DNA from: Malacoraja senta
Taxonomy: Eukaryota
Assembly: GCA_038087875.1 (NCBI GenBank)
Contig: CM075988.1
Coordinates: forward strand, 7,070,001-7,134,000
Length of the DNA: 64,000 nt
Direction: 5' to 3'
Part shown: positions 1 through 11,475 of the stretch, in pieces
How the letters are laid out: each line of letters starts with the position of its first letter
Numbering within the stretch: position 1 is the stretch's first letter
Program-made: the position numbers and the translations under genes
The notes under the pieces: model-generated
Told to the model about the DNA's origin: nothing
The model's database searches: none
The model's input: the letters and a program-made list of their open reading frames with translations, nothing else

Positions 1-686
1 CCTATAGCGGATCTTTGGTTGGAACCTTGCTGCTCAATGTCCAGCAGCGGAAAGTGTCAAGCAGAATGTGATCAGTTTCTGGTTTCGCTATGTTTATGTA
101 TCGGCAACAGCCAATTGCTGGTTTCAATACGGCTTGAAGGGGGAAGAGAAAAGATTTTGTTGGCTGGAAATCCCACCCACCCACTGCAGAATCTGCACTC
201 TGATTACTTCCATTGGCTGCTCGTTTATCTTGCGTCAGTTTCAGCCGGTCACATGCGAGCCGGTCGCTGGTGACTCGCCCTGAAGCTCGCAGTGGTGACA
301 AATAACAAGCACCCTGTATGCGATTCAGACCTTCTCAGTGTTCACCTGATCAGTGCCGGAAGCCTGGTTCCAGCATCTGCGGCTCCTCGTCTCCACGCCT
401 GCACATTTGTCATCGCGTTTGGCCGGAATAATGCATTGTTCCCATGTAATTTGTTACATCACCGGGGCCCTATGGATACAGCAGCGGCTTTAAATCAGAC
501 CAGGCTTCAATCACGGCTGAAGACGCTCTCGGCGCTTTCCTTAGGCTGGGAGAGCCTTGGACCCTAAAAGCGAGGCAGAAAGACCAGGAACTGCAGCGGG
601 ATTTTTTTCAGGAGGGAGCCTTGTTTATTTCTGTTTAAACCCTGTTTATTTCTGTCCTGGGTATTGTCGCCGGTAGCGAATGGATC
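1..686 (+). promoter_or_regulatory. Putative SLC37A2 promoter/5' UTR, CpG-enriched, with CCAAT boxes
   Basis: Directly upstream of the start codon. CpG density at ~230-1100 is visibly higher than in the introns. CCAAT at 111-115, ATTGG at 212-216, TTGCGTCA at 230-237, GTCACATG at 248-255. The TSS cannot be determined. Confidence 0.5.
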
Positions 687-745
687 ATGCGCTCCGCTGT
701 GCCTCCGGGGATTCGTTGTATCCAGGCATTCACCAGAGACAGCTG
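687..745 (+). CDS. SLC37A2: SLC37A2 coding exon 1 (MRSAVPPGIRCIQAFTRDSW)
   Basis: ATG at 687 with A at -3; donor TG|gtaagc; resembles the human N-terminus MRSSLAPG...RDSW. Confidence 0.9.
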
Positions 746-1529
746 GTAAGCGTCGGTCCATTGTCTGGGCGAGGATTATCTGGGTGTCAGTTTTCATTTG
801 TGCGCGCTCTCTCTCTCTCTCTCCCCGCTACGGATTTAACCCATCCTTCCAGGGGAAGATGTGGGTCCGGTCTTGCGCGACACCTTGTCTTCCACTGTGG
901 CCCTCGGCCTCCGTCTCTATATTCCCCTCGGTCCACTCTGCCTGGCTCCTGCTGTCTGTCCAACACCACGCTGTTATCTCTGGGGCGAGCAAGCGTTTAT
1001 GTTGCCCACGGGAGTTGAACAAACAATATTTTCACTTTCGAGCGACCTGTCATAAATGCTCTGACATGCGGGTTCACCGCCCGCGGGTTACATTACCCCC
1101 TTCCCACTATCGCTCAAAACAGATTGGTTTTCACCTTAGCTGCCTGCCCCGCTGACTTACTCCAGGAATTTGTTTCTTTCTTCGGTATAAACCAGCATCT
1201 GCAATTCCTTCCTACACATTGGTTTTGACCTTGTTGGTCTGTTACTTTATTAACTGAAGTATCTAAAGGTTCAGACTCCAAGGCTACTGGCTCGACAGGA
1301 GGAGACGTTCTCTCTTTTCCACCACAAAATTATTTGTTCTGGCTTGCCTAAAGATTTCAACAGCTGGTAAAAAGAATATCATTTGTTAAGTCTCAAGCCT
1401 TTAATTGGAGGAAATTTCCACTCCATCTGGTTTGTGCCATTGAAGTAGGGCGCAGATTGAAACGGAGACAGCAACTTGGGATTTGTTTCTCCATTGGGGG
1501 ATTTGTGGGATATCTTCCAATAACATTAC

Positions 1530-1990
1530 GAGGATGTTGGCAGTACTCAAGGGCCTGAGCTGTAGGGAGTAGTTGAACACGCCAGGACTCTATTCCTTGG
1601 AGTGCAGGAAGATAAGGGGTGATCTTATAGAAGTGTACAAAATTGTGAGAAGATAGATTGGGTAAACACACAGTATCTCTTGCCTAGAGTAGGGAAATCG
1701 AGAACCAGAGGACATGGGTTTATGGTGAGGGGGGGGGGGTGGGGGGAGATTTAATATGAATCTGAGGGTTAACTTTTTTAAGCAAAGGGTGGTGGGTATG
1801 GAATGTGCTGCTGGAGGAGGTAGTTGAGGCACTATCGCAATATTTAAGAGACATTTAGGCAGGTACATGGATAGGATCGGTTTAAAGAGATATGGGCCAA
1901 ACGCAGGCAGGTAGGACCAGTGTAGATGGGACACGTTGGTCGGTGTGGGTAAGATGGGCCTGTTTCCACGCTGTGTGACTTTATGACTAA
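1530..1990 (+). mobile_element. CR1/HER1-like LINE 3' fragment
   Basis: Degenerate RT C-terminus and 3' end ...gggcctgtttccacgctgtgtgactttatga. Similar fragments at ~15375-16050(-), 23480-23740, 25040-25260, 28815-29085, 36870-37630(-), 47418-47760. Confidence 0.8.
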
Positions 1991-2602
1991 CCAATTGCTC
2001 TGTTTTTATGAGTCATACAGCACGAAAACAGGTCATTTGGACCAAAATATCTATGGCAGCCAAAATGTCCCATTTAAGCTCATTCCATTTGCCCACATGT
2101 AGCTCATTTCCCTCTAAACCTTTCCTATCTATAAGATCTGGGTAAGCATTATTTAAAGGTGGGGATGTTGCCGACTGGTCCATTCCAGATTGCAGGAGTA
2201 TGTGCTCAGGGACTCACTGAGGCTTGGTGCACCCAACTCCAAGCCACTTGTGGGGGAGGACCACAGACTAGGGTCCTTCTGTTGCAGACATTGAGGGGCA
2301 GAGTCCAGTGGGGACATCACTCAAACAAGGGAAGACATGAGTGGCAAGGGTGTTTTGTGTAAAGATCACTGTGAACATACTGACTATATAACAATTGAAT
2401 ATATAGGCACAGAATGTATGAGGAGTTTTAGCACATTATTTTTGTATATTAATTTAATATGAATAAAGTTTATTTTTGTAAAAAAATAGTTAAAGGTGGC
2501 AATGAGGCTATAGGAATAAGACTATAATACATATTGTAGAAACAAGGGTGTGCAGATGTTGGCCTACAATAGAAGACAGACACAAGGTGCTGGAGTAACT
2601 CA

Positions 2603-3067
2603 ACTTTCTTCCATCGAAGGTGTCCAAAGACAGGCAGCTCGATTTGTTACTAACACCTATGAGAGAGAAGCGAGTGTTACCAAACTTCTGAATTCTCTGG
2701 GGTGGAACCCTCTCCAAGACAGACGTGAAGCTCACCGTTTGACCTGTTTTTACAAAATGTTAAATGGTCAGCTCAACATAGATTACAAGACCTACACCAA
2801 ACCCAAACCAATTAGGAGCAGACGAGGACATTCGATCCAATTTGAGATTCCAGCTACCAAGACAGATGTGTACAGCAATTCATTCTTCCCCCGCACAATT
2901 AAAGCATGGAATAATCTCCACCCTACTATAGTGACCCAACCAGATGCAACTAAATTTAAGGTAGTTCTTTCTTCCCAAAAACCTTTTCTGGTTTAAGTCC
3001 TCCCGCCACCACCTCCAGTTTAAATTCCATTTGGAATATTTTGGAGGAGCAGGAAACCAAGAACCAA
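2603..3067 (+). mobile_element. 5'-truncated LINE (CR1/L2-group, invertebrate-like RT C-terminus) nested in a Penelope-derived repeat
   Basis: Open frame IEGVQRQAARFV...SFFPRTIKAWNNL; (AACCAAG)2 tail; host sequence gtaactca|gcgggtcagg is split at both junctions. Confidence 0.8.
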
Positions 3068-3109
3068 GCGGGTCAGGCAATGTCTCTGGAGAACATGGAT
3101 AGATGACAT

Positions 3110-3320
3110 GTGTAGGAAAGAACTGCAGATGCTGGTTTAAACTGAAGATAGGCACAAAATGCTGGAGTAACTCAGCAGGAAGGGCAGCATCTCTGGAGAG
3201 AAGGAATGGGTGATGTTTCGGGTCGAGTCTGAAGAAGGGTCTCGACCCAACACATCACCCATTCCTTCTCTCCAGAGACGCTGCTTGGCCCGCTGAGTTA
3301 CTCCAGCATTTTGCGTCTAT
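3110..3320. repeat. Penelope-derived inverted repeat (hairpin) family, representative copy
   Basis: Arms of ~80-110 nt in inverted orientation. Further copies or half copies at ~5090, 14890, 18325, 20315, 21105, 21452, 22955, 32405, 35725, 36476, 37855, 40445, 43450, 46423, 48144, 48438, 51840, 59555. Confidence 0.85.
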
Positions 3321-5544
3321 TTATGGGTGGGTACCATTTTGGGTCGGGACCTGTCTTCAGACTTGAAGCTTATTTGGAGTGGTGTGCAATTGAAGATGGG
3401 AATAAGAAAATACACCTGCAGCATCTCTGGAGCAAAAGGATGGGAGACGTTTCGGGTCGGGACCCTTCTTCAGACTTAACTTACCTAAAAACAATTATCT
3501 TATTAAGGTAGTTCCACCACACCTTTCAATACCCCTTGGACATTCCCATTCCCAAGGTTTTTCCACTTGCAGCTTCTCCTTCCCTTCCGTCTCTCTCTTC
3601 CCCACTTCACACTGATGCTGTGTGAAAGCCCTTGTAGGGACTTCCAGAATAGTTTATTTTCTCTGTTTCTGAAAAGATACAAAGGATTGAAGTTGGGATC
3701 TAGCTGGTCAGTGTTTGGTCCTTTCATTTTATTAGCTGAAGTGTCCAGCATCTTAGCATCAGAACCACAGAGGTGTAGGCTCATGTCTGTCCTGGCTCCT
3801 TTCTAAAGGAATCCACAGGCGATCCCAGTATCTGCACAACCCACATATCAGATGTTAAACCACTTCCCCAAAGAAATGCTGCAGTCTTCTGACAATCACT
3901 TCTTGATGGTAATTTCAATGTTGCAACAGCAGTGTGGAGACATGTGTAATGGTTCCAATACAAGTTGATGGCTGCTAAATCAGGGAAATAATAGCTGCTT
4001 ATTCAGGCCATTAAATTGTCTTCTATTTATGATTTAATAGTGCTTGTTAAACTTATCTTAATATTTAATCTGGAGGAAAATAACCTGTCTCCCCTTATAA
4101 ATTTGCTGACCTTACCATTTGTTCTTTGAGCAGGCAGTTGATATTTTTGCAGTGACGAGATATATGCACAGCAAGTATTAAAGGAAGTTAAATGCTGCCA
4201 GTTTTGGTGCCTCTCTGGTGCCATAGTTTGCTTGTGGAAAGCAAGTTGAATATGAAGCTGTTCCTAAAATTGAGTAAAACTTGGGCGGCAGGGTGGGGCA
4301 GCGGTAGAGTTGTTGCCTAATGCCCCTGTCCCACTTAGGAAACCTGAACGGAAACCTCTGGAGACTTTGCGCCCCACCCAAGGTTTCCGTGCGGTTCCCG
4401 GAGGTTTTTGTCAGTCTCCCTAATGGTCGAAAGTGGTTTCCGCTTCTTCTATGTACCGGCGATTATTTCTAAATTCAACTAAAATAGAACATAGTCGGGC
4501 AGCATCTGGGGAGGGAAGGGACGGGCAACATTTTGGGTCATCAGACCCTTCCACTCTGGACCTCGTTAGCAGTGCATTCAGACTGAAATTTAATGTCAGG
4601 GAGGATCAGAGTTAGCTCCCTGTCTGTGTAAATTCTGCATGATGTACCCTACAGGCTTTAAGTCCAAATAAATTTGAAGCAGAGCATAGCTCCATGGCGG
4701 AGGCATGCCCCCTTCTACTTTGCTGCAGTTAGGAGAGCCCCTGGTTCCAGCTTCTAGCATCGGCAAACAAATAAACCCTGACATCAGTGCTACAATGGCA
4801 GCATAAATGTCACTGGTCCTGATCGAGAAAAATATGAAGCTGAGTTATTAATCATCACGTAAAAGTAATGAAACTACAAACATCACTGTGTTACTTCTTA
4901 AAATATATTCCTCTCCTTGTAACCAACTCTTACACAACCCAAGACCTGCAGTGTATGCAGAATGACATCAGTCAGAACTGAGAATTGGATCTCTTGAACT
5001 GGCTGTGTGATTCTATAAAATCCAACAAAATTACTTCTGATCTCCACTCACCACACCATTTCCCTGCCCTATCCCCATGTCCCTTCTCCAGTTTGAAGAA
5101 GGTCTCAACCCGAAACGTCACCCAGTCCTTCACTCCAGAGACGCTGCCTGTCCCTCTTGAGTTACTCCAGCATTTTGTGTCTATCCCCTATATCCCTTGA
5201 GTCCTTTAATGTATGGAAATATCTCTGGTCTTTGTCCAGCCATCTGCCAATTAACAGCCCCCCTTACCTGTGTCCGCCTGTCACTTGCCAGGCTTTGGCC
5301 CTCAGACCACGCTGGGCCATTTTTAATTTGTGTTTTTTAGATGTTACAATTTAGTACATTGAGGTTTTCAGTGAACCAGGCTAGTTTAAGAGAAGCACAG
5401 GAGCCAGATGTTGAACCATTGGGATTTCCAAACTATTGAATGGTTGGTCTTCAGAGTTTCCCAAAACCATCAATTCCATGTCTTTGTCCAGAAGGTCCAT
5501 GGGTGAGACCTAATTGAAAGCCTGAAAAGCCAAATGCCCCATAT

Positions 5545-5843
5545 TAACCTGTTGCATCATGGCCTGGTTCACAACTTGAACACCTAGGAATGAAGGAGAT
5601 TTCAGAAAAATGGTGAACACTGCGTGGTTCATCATGGGTTCTGACCTCTTCACCATCGAAGGGATCTATAAGAGGCACTGTCTCAAAAAGACGGCCAGCA
5701 TCATCAAGGACCCAGACCACTTTCTCATTTCACTCCTGCCATCGGGTAGAAGGTACAGGAGTCTGAAAACTGTAACATCCAGGTTCAGAAACAGCATCAT
5801 CCCAACAACCATCAGGCTATTGAACACTACAGACACCAACTAA
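5545..5843 (+). mobile_element. Old Rex1/Babar-like LINE C-terminal fragment
   Basis: IIKDPDH...LLPSGRRYRSLKT..SRFRNS. Related fragments at ~23990-24260(+) and ~43860-44100(-). Confidence 0.7.
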
Positions 5844-5932
5844 ACTACAAACTGTCTGGGTTACATTTGCGACTTTGGCCTTTGGTTTGTCTTTGCATTA
5901 TATTGTTTATTTATTTATTGCACTTCAATAGT

Positions 5933-6208
5933 GGTGGCACAGTGGCGCAGCAGTAGAGTTGCTGCCTTACAACGCCAGAGACCCAGATTCAATCCTGACT
6001 ACGGGTGCTGTCTATATGGCGTTTGTACGATCTCCCTGTGACCGCATGGGTTTTCTCTGGGAGCTCCAATTTCCTCCCACGTTCCAAAGACATTTGTAGG
6101 TTAATCAGCTTCTGTAAATTATCCCTAGTGTGCAGGATAGAACGAGTGTGTACTGGTTGGCCGGTGACTCAGTGGACCTGTTTCCATGCTGTAATCTCTA
6201 AACTAAAC
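5933..6208 (+). mobile_element. tRNA-derived V-SINE (HE1-like), representative of more than 20 copies
   Basis: Pol III A box (TGGCGCAGCRG) and B box (GGTTCGATCC in better copies), V-domain-like core gtttgtacgttctccccgtg...ggtttcctcccac, CR1-like tail and (TAAAC)n. Plus-strand copies at ~7992, 10688, 17123, 17920, 19627, 21762, 24267, 31877, 38485, 45104, 49224, 50336, 54907, 59250. Minus-strand copies at ~14805, 16326, 32540, 36746, 50940, 51530, 52140, 56125, 58368. Confidence 0.88.
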
Positions 6209-6849
6209 TTTAATTTCTTTTATTATACCATCTATAGAGAGTGAACCTGCAAGTTGTGTTGCTGCTGCAAGTAAGAATTTAATTGTTCCAGATTGGTACA
6301 TATGACAATAAAACGCTCTTGACCATCTGGTCCCTTGATCCATGCATTCATGCTCATTCTATCTTTGTGCTAAATCCACAAAGAATTCCGATAGATTAGT
6401 CAAATGTAGTTTTCCCATTCATAAATCTGTATAGACGTTGCTCAATGGTATTGTTAACTTCTACGTTTTTGATATCACATCTTTCATTATAAATGCCAGT
6501 ACTTTTCCATTGTGGAGCTGATGTGGACCTGAGGATGTATGCGTAAGTTTGCCACTGCTACACATGCCTTCTGTCAAATCCTTCAGACTTACACCTTTGA
6601 CCAACTTAGACTGGGCCCAAATCTTTAGTTTATTTAAAAAGTCTTACTTTTTTTTATCACTTTTAGCAGCATACTGCATCTAAAAGCATTTTTTTCCATT
6701 GACACGCTTGCTCGTGACCTATTCACTGAACTCAGGACATCTGCATTGAGACAGGACATTTAGTTTGTTGGATCTCTGCCAGTGTATATGCTCTATTTAC
6801 GAGTCATTTTGAATTAGAGAATTGTTAAGTTGGGGGAAGGGTGGGACGG

Positions 6850-7961
6850 TGGGGATAGAGAACTGGCTGGCAAACAGGAAGCAAAGAGTAGGAGTAAACG
6901 GGTCCTTTTCACAATGGCAGGCAGTGACTAGTGGGGTACCGCAAGGCTCAGTGCTGGGACCCCAGCTATTTACAATATATATTAATGACCTGGATGAGGG
7001 AATTGAAGGCAATATCTCCAAGTTTGCGGATGACACTAAGCTGGGGGGCAGTGTTAGCTGTGAGGAGGATGCTAGGAGACTGCAAGGTGACTTGGATAGG
7101 CTGGGTGAGTGGGCAAATGTTTGGCAGATGCAGTATAATGTGGATAAATGTGAGGTTATCCATTTTGGTGGCAAAAACAGGAAAGCAGACTATTATCTAA
7201 ATGGTGGCCGACTAGGAAAAGGGGAGATGCAGCGAGACCTGGGTGTCATGGTACACCAGTCATTGAAAGTAGGCATGCAGGTGCAGCAGGCAGTGAAGAA
7301 AGCGAATGGTATGTTAGCTTTCATAGCAAAAGGATTTGAGTATAGGAGCAGGGATGTTCTACTGCAGTTGTACAGGGTCTTGGTGAGACCACACCTGGAG
7401 TATTGCGTACAGTTTTGGTCTCCAAATCTGAGGAAGGACATTATTGCCATAGAGGGAGTGCAGAGAAGGTTCACCAGACTGATTCCTGGGATGTCAGGAC
7501 TGTCTTATGAAGAAAAACTGGATAGACTTGGTTTATACTCTCTAGAATTTAGGAGATTGAGAGGGGATCTTATAGAAACTTACAAAATTCTTAAGGCGTT
7601 GGACAGGCTAGATGCAGGAAGATTGCTCCCGATGTTGGGGAAGTCCAGGACAAGGGGTCACAGCTTAAGGATAAGGGGGAAATCCTTTAAAACCGAGATG
7701 AGAAGAACTTTTTTCACACAGAGAGTGGTGAATCTCTGGAACTCTCTGCCACAGAGGGTAGTCAAGGCCAGTTCATTGGCTATATTTAAGAGGGAGTTAG
7801 ATGTGGCCCTTGTGGCTAAAGGGATCAGAGGGTATGGAGAGAAGGCAGGTACGGGATACTGAGTTGGATGATCAGCCATGATCATATTGAATGGCGGTGC
7901 AGGCTCGAAGGGCCGAATGGCCTACTCCTGCACCTAATTTCTATGTTTCTATGTTTCTATG
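6850..7961 (+). mobile_element. Young 5'-truncated CR1 LINE with open RT C-terminal half
   Basis: Uninterrupted frame with SGVPQGSVLGP, KFADDTK, RPHLEYCVQFW; 3' tail (TTTCTATG)n. Confidence 0.95.
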
Positions 7962-8799
7962 ATTGTTTCAAAAAGACAGCTTTAACAATGGATGGCACGG
8001 TGGTGCAGCGGTAGAGTTACTGTCTTACAGCACTTGCAGCGCCGGAGACCTGGGTTCGATCCCAACTATGGGTGCTGTCTGTAAAGAGTTTGTACGTTCT
8101 CCCCGTGACCTGCGTGGGTTTTCTCCCACACTCCAAAGACGTACACGTCTGTAGGTTAATTGGCTTGATGTATGTGTAAATTGACCTTAGTGTGTGTAGG
8201 ATCCTGTTAATGTCTCTGATCGGTGCGGACTCAGTGGGCCAAAGGGCCTGTTTCCACGCTGTATCTATCTCTAAACTCAACTAAATAAGTATTTTGAATC
8301 TGGGTTTGAGGGAAGGATTTGAAGGAAGACTCGTCCTGTATGTGCTTGGTGGTGGGACGGCAGCTCGGAGGCTTGAGGGTCCTGATATCAGCCACAGGGA
8401 GGGCAGCACAGAACAGGGAATGTTTGCAGAGACTATGATCTGAGTGATTTTTATAAACTTTATGGAATTTATCTGCTCTTGCTGCTTTGGAACTAGAAAA
8501 CGAAGCTGTGCAAGGTATGGAAAATACCATAATCACAATTATATCTAATATTTGTTTTGTTTTTTTAATTGAATATCATAAAGAAAGCATTTGCGCCACA
8601 AAATGATCAGTGGTTTGCTCTTGTTATGAAATGGAAAGACCAAAGCAAAAAACTGCAGTTGCTGCAAATATGAAACTAAAAACAGAAATGCTGGAATTAT
8701 TCACGGGTCTGGTGGTTTCTATGGAGAGAGATTGGGAAATAATTGTTTCGATCAATGTGCCTGAATCAGAACTGGGGAATGGTTAGAAAATGTTTTAAG

Positions 8800-9135
8800 A
8801 TATAAAATGCAAGGCTGTTAATGCTTATTAATTTGTAGCTGTTGAATTGGGTGTGGAGTGCTAAAGGCAATGATGTGGCTGGTTGAAAGATGAGGTGAAG
8901 TTCCATGAGCTTGTGTTAAACTTGCTGGTACAGTGCAGGAGACCAAAGTCAGAAGCCACAGACGTTTGGGTAACTGAAGCAACAGGCAATGAAATTTTTT
9001 GATCACTCGTGCAGACTGAATGGAGATGTTCTGTAAAGTGGGCACCCAATCTGTGTTTGTTTCTCAAAGTGGAGGAGATCATTTCGTGAACACATGAGAT
9101 AGGAAGAGATGCAATTAAATTGCTGCTTCACTTGA
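8800..9135 (-). mobile_element. Degenerate Penelope-like GIY-YIG fragment
   Basis: Minus-strand translation KHRLGAHFTEHLHSV...LPVA resembles the ORF at 29716. Confidence 0.6.
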
Positions 9136-9780
9136 ATGGAGTGTGTGGTTACCTGAATGAGGAAAGGGAACAAGTGAAAGATCAGGCCTCTCCCGTAGCT
9201 GTGTGGGAAGCTGTGATGTGCACACTTGCTTTATTGTTTTTTGTAAGAAAATAATTCAAATATTAACATAATATGTGTTTTAAACATTCTGTCTCCAGTA
9301 CCATTTTTCTAGATATCTAACTCCCCTTTGAACTACCGTCGGGTATTCCATCTCGATGATACTCAATACTCAATGATACTTTATATTCCCATGTACCTAG
9401 CTAGGTACAGTGAGATTCTTTGTTTGCATACAATCCAGTAAAATCATACTATAGATAAGTTCAAAAGTGCAATGATTACCGTGTAATAATAGATTTCACT
9501 GAGGCAGTACACAAAGAGTCGCCACGTTTCTGGCACTAACAATGTTTCAAAGTTCTAAAGAGTACAGTCTTATCTTGGGCTTAAAGGTGCGTTGTCCTGG
9601 CAGCACCGATCCTCTCCGTCCACCGCCATCTTGAAATCGGCCTTTGTCCAGTGTCTGTCGACGACTCCCTCCACTCCCTCACTGGTTCCCAGTTTTCGGG
9701 GTCGAGCAGGAGATGAGCCTTGGAAGACTCCAGGTGGGGTGCTGGTTCTGTGGTGGGCCAGCCAGGCTTGCTGTTGGGGT

Positions 9781-9921
9781 CTTTTTCTTCTTGCGTATGG
9801 CGTGCACAGCCTAGAGTTGTAGGACAACTTGTTCTATTTGATCTTATTTGATCGTGCATGCCAGGTTGATTGCATTCGTTGAAACCGGGCGGACCAGGTG
9901 AAGGTTGCAATCTCCCACCCT
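9781..9921 (-). mobile_element. Short non-coding retroelement: 5' HDV-like ribozyme fold, 3' stem-loop, (AAG)n-like tail
   Basis: Ends ...gcacgccatacgcAAGAAGAAAAAG on the minus strand and appears to interrupt an unrelated repeat; 5' end described in the next feature. Confidence 0.7.
9868..9921 (-). ncRNA. Minimal HDV/CPEB3-like self-cleaving ribozyme fold, partly decayed copy
   Basis: RNA AGGGUGG-GA-GAUUGCA-ACC-UUCACCU-GGU-CCGCCCG-GU-UUCAA-CGAA-UGCAAUC. P1 has 6/7 pairs, P2 7/7, P3 3/3; L3 is 6/7 identical to CPEB3 UUCACGU; J4/2 is CGAA. Confidence 0.72.
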
Positions 9922-11475
9922 ACCAGGAGCTTCTGCCGCCAAACAGCTTGCCAGGAGCTTCTCTTAAAAACATTTACAGTGAATGTTGTGGAGCTGTAGA
10001 AATTAATTGTGTTGTATATTTTGTGGAGTGTTGCTACCTTGGGAGTATATGTGGGTGTGGTTAGAAGGTCATTGATTGCACCTTCTATAAGACTGTGGAT
10101 TCGGCTCCTTTGGAAAATTAGGGCATCTTGAGATATTGCCCAGGTGGAATTGAGATAATGCAGATCTGTGTCAGTGCAGAAGCGGATAAATGAGGGTACT
10201 ACCAAAGTTTTGGATAGGAAGTCATGACATCTTTGTGGGAGGCCAGGATCTATTTGGAGTGGTGATTGGGTAGAAATAATAAGAATTGAATGAGAAGGTG
10301 CCACCTCCTCTCTCCCTGCCCCTCTCTCACACCAAGGTTCCAGAGTTGTACTTTTCCAGCATTGAGGAACATTCATTGTGTTGGACAATGAGCCAAGTCT
10401 TAAGACAGATGGGCAATGTGTCTGAACTTATGTTGGCATTGGGAACCATGCACAGCTATATTTGAAATCTCCTGGTCTATTGCATCTTGAGTACATGCCT
10501 GTGGTGTAGTAGAAATAGCAGGGTTGGTCATTGGGCCTATCCAGTGGGAAAAACTCTTCTGTTGTGCTTCCCGATCAAACAATAACAGCCTCAAAATCCC
10601 ATTTGGATTTTAATTTTAATAATTAAAAATATGATTACAAGCAACTCTTTATGTACTGATGTAGCAAGATGTCTGTGTACATTGGATGCAGCATGGTGGC
10701 ACAGTGGTAGAGTTGCTGTTTTACAGTGCCAGAGACCTGGGTTCAACTACAGGTGCTGTCTGTATGGAGTTTGTACGTTCTCCCCATGACCACGTGGGTT
10801 TTCTCCGAGATCTTCGGTTTCCTCCCACACTCCAAAGACGTACTGGTTTGTAGATTAATTGGCTTGGTATAAATGTAAATTGTCCCTAGTATGTGTAGGA
10901 TAGTGTTAATGTGCGGAGATCACTGGTCGGTGCGGACTCGGTGGGCAGAAGGGCCTGTTTCTGCGCTGTATCTCTAAACTAAACTAAACTAATTTGAGTG
11001 ATGCTGGCCCTTTAATTCCTCATGGTCCATGTCGAGGCCCATTTGTACACTCAAGTGACAAAGAATGTTTCAGTGACGTTGGTTGAGGTATAAATTTTGG
11101 CCAGGATCCTGGGAGAGCAAATAGAGAACTCCTTCAATCTGACACAGTACGTGAGCTTGAAATAATGTATTGAGTGGGATGGTGAATTTGCACCATTCTA
11201 ACTCGAGTGAGAGCTCTATTACTGAGCCGAAGCTCTCTGAATGTTATCTAAATATTTGAAGGTCTAATTTTAATCTTCAGTTGAACTTCTTTCCAGTTAA
11301 GTCTTTGGTTTAAATTTCTCATTCTCTTAAACAAATCCCAGTGCATAATTGACCCACTAAATATCTTTTTTGCATTCCTGATTTCCATCAATGATCTGAG
11401 CTGTCTAACCCTACACTCTGGAATTCCTCAATAAACCACTTTGCCAGTTCAGCTCTTTAGAAGATGACTTCTCCC

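Noticed and set aside
664..1155. Long ORFs over exon 1 and intron 1
   Set aside because: The SLC37A2 frame starts at 687 and splices at 745; these ORFs run into intron sequence without homology.
3110..3320. CRISPR array, pre-miRNA or rho-independent terminator interpretation of the hairpins
   Set aside because: Eukaryotic dispersed repeats without spacers; the arms derive from the Penelope terminus at 30205-30302.
6822..7862. 346-aa ORF as a host gene
   Set aside because: It is the RT C-terminal half of a truncated CR1, with related copies at 56491 and 59990.
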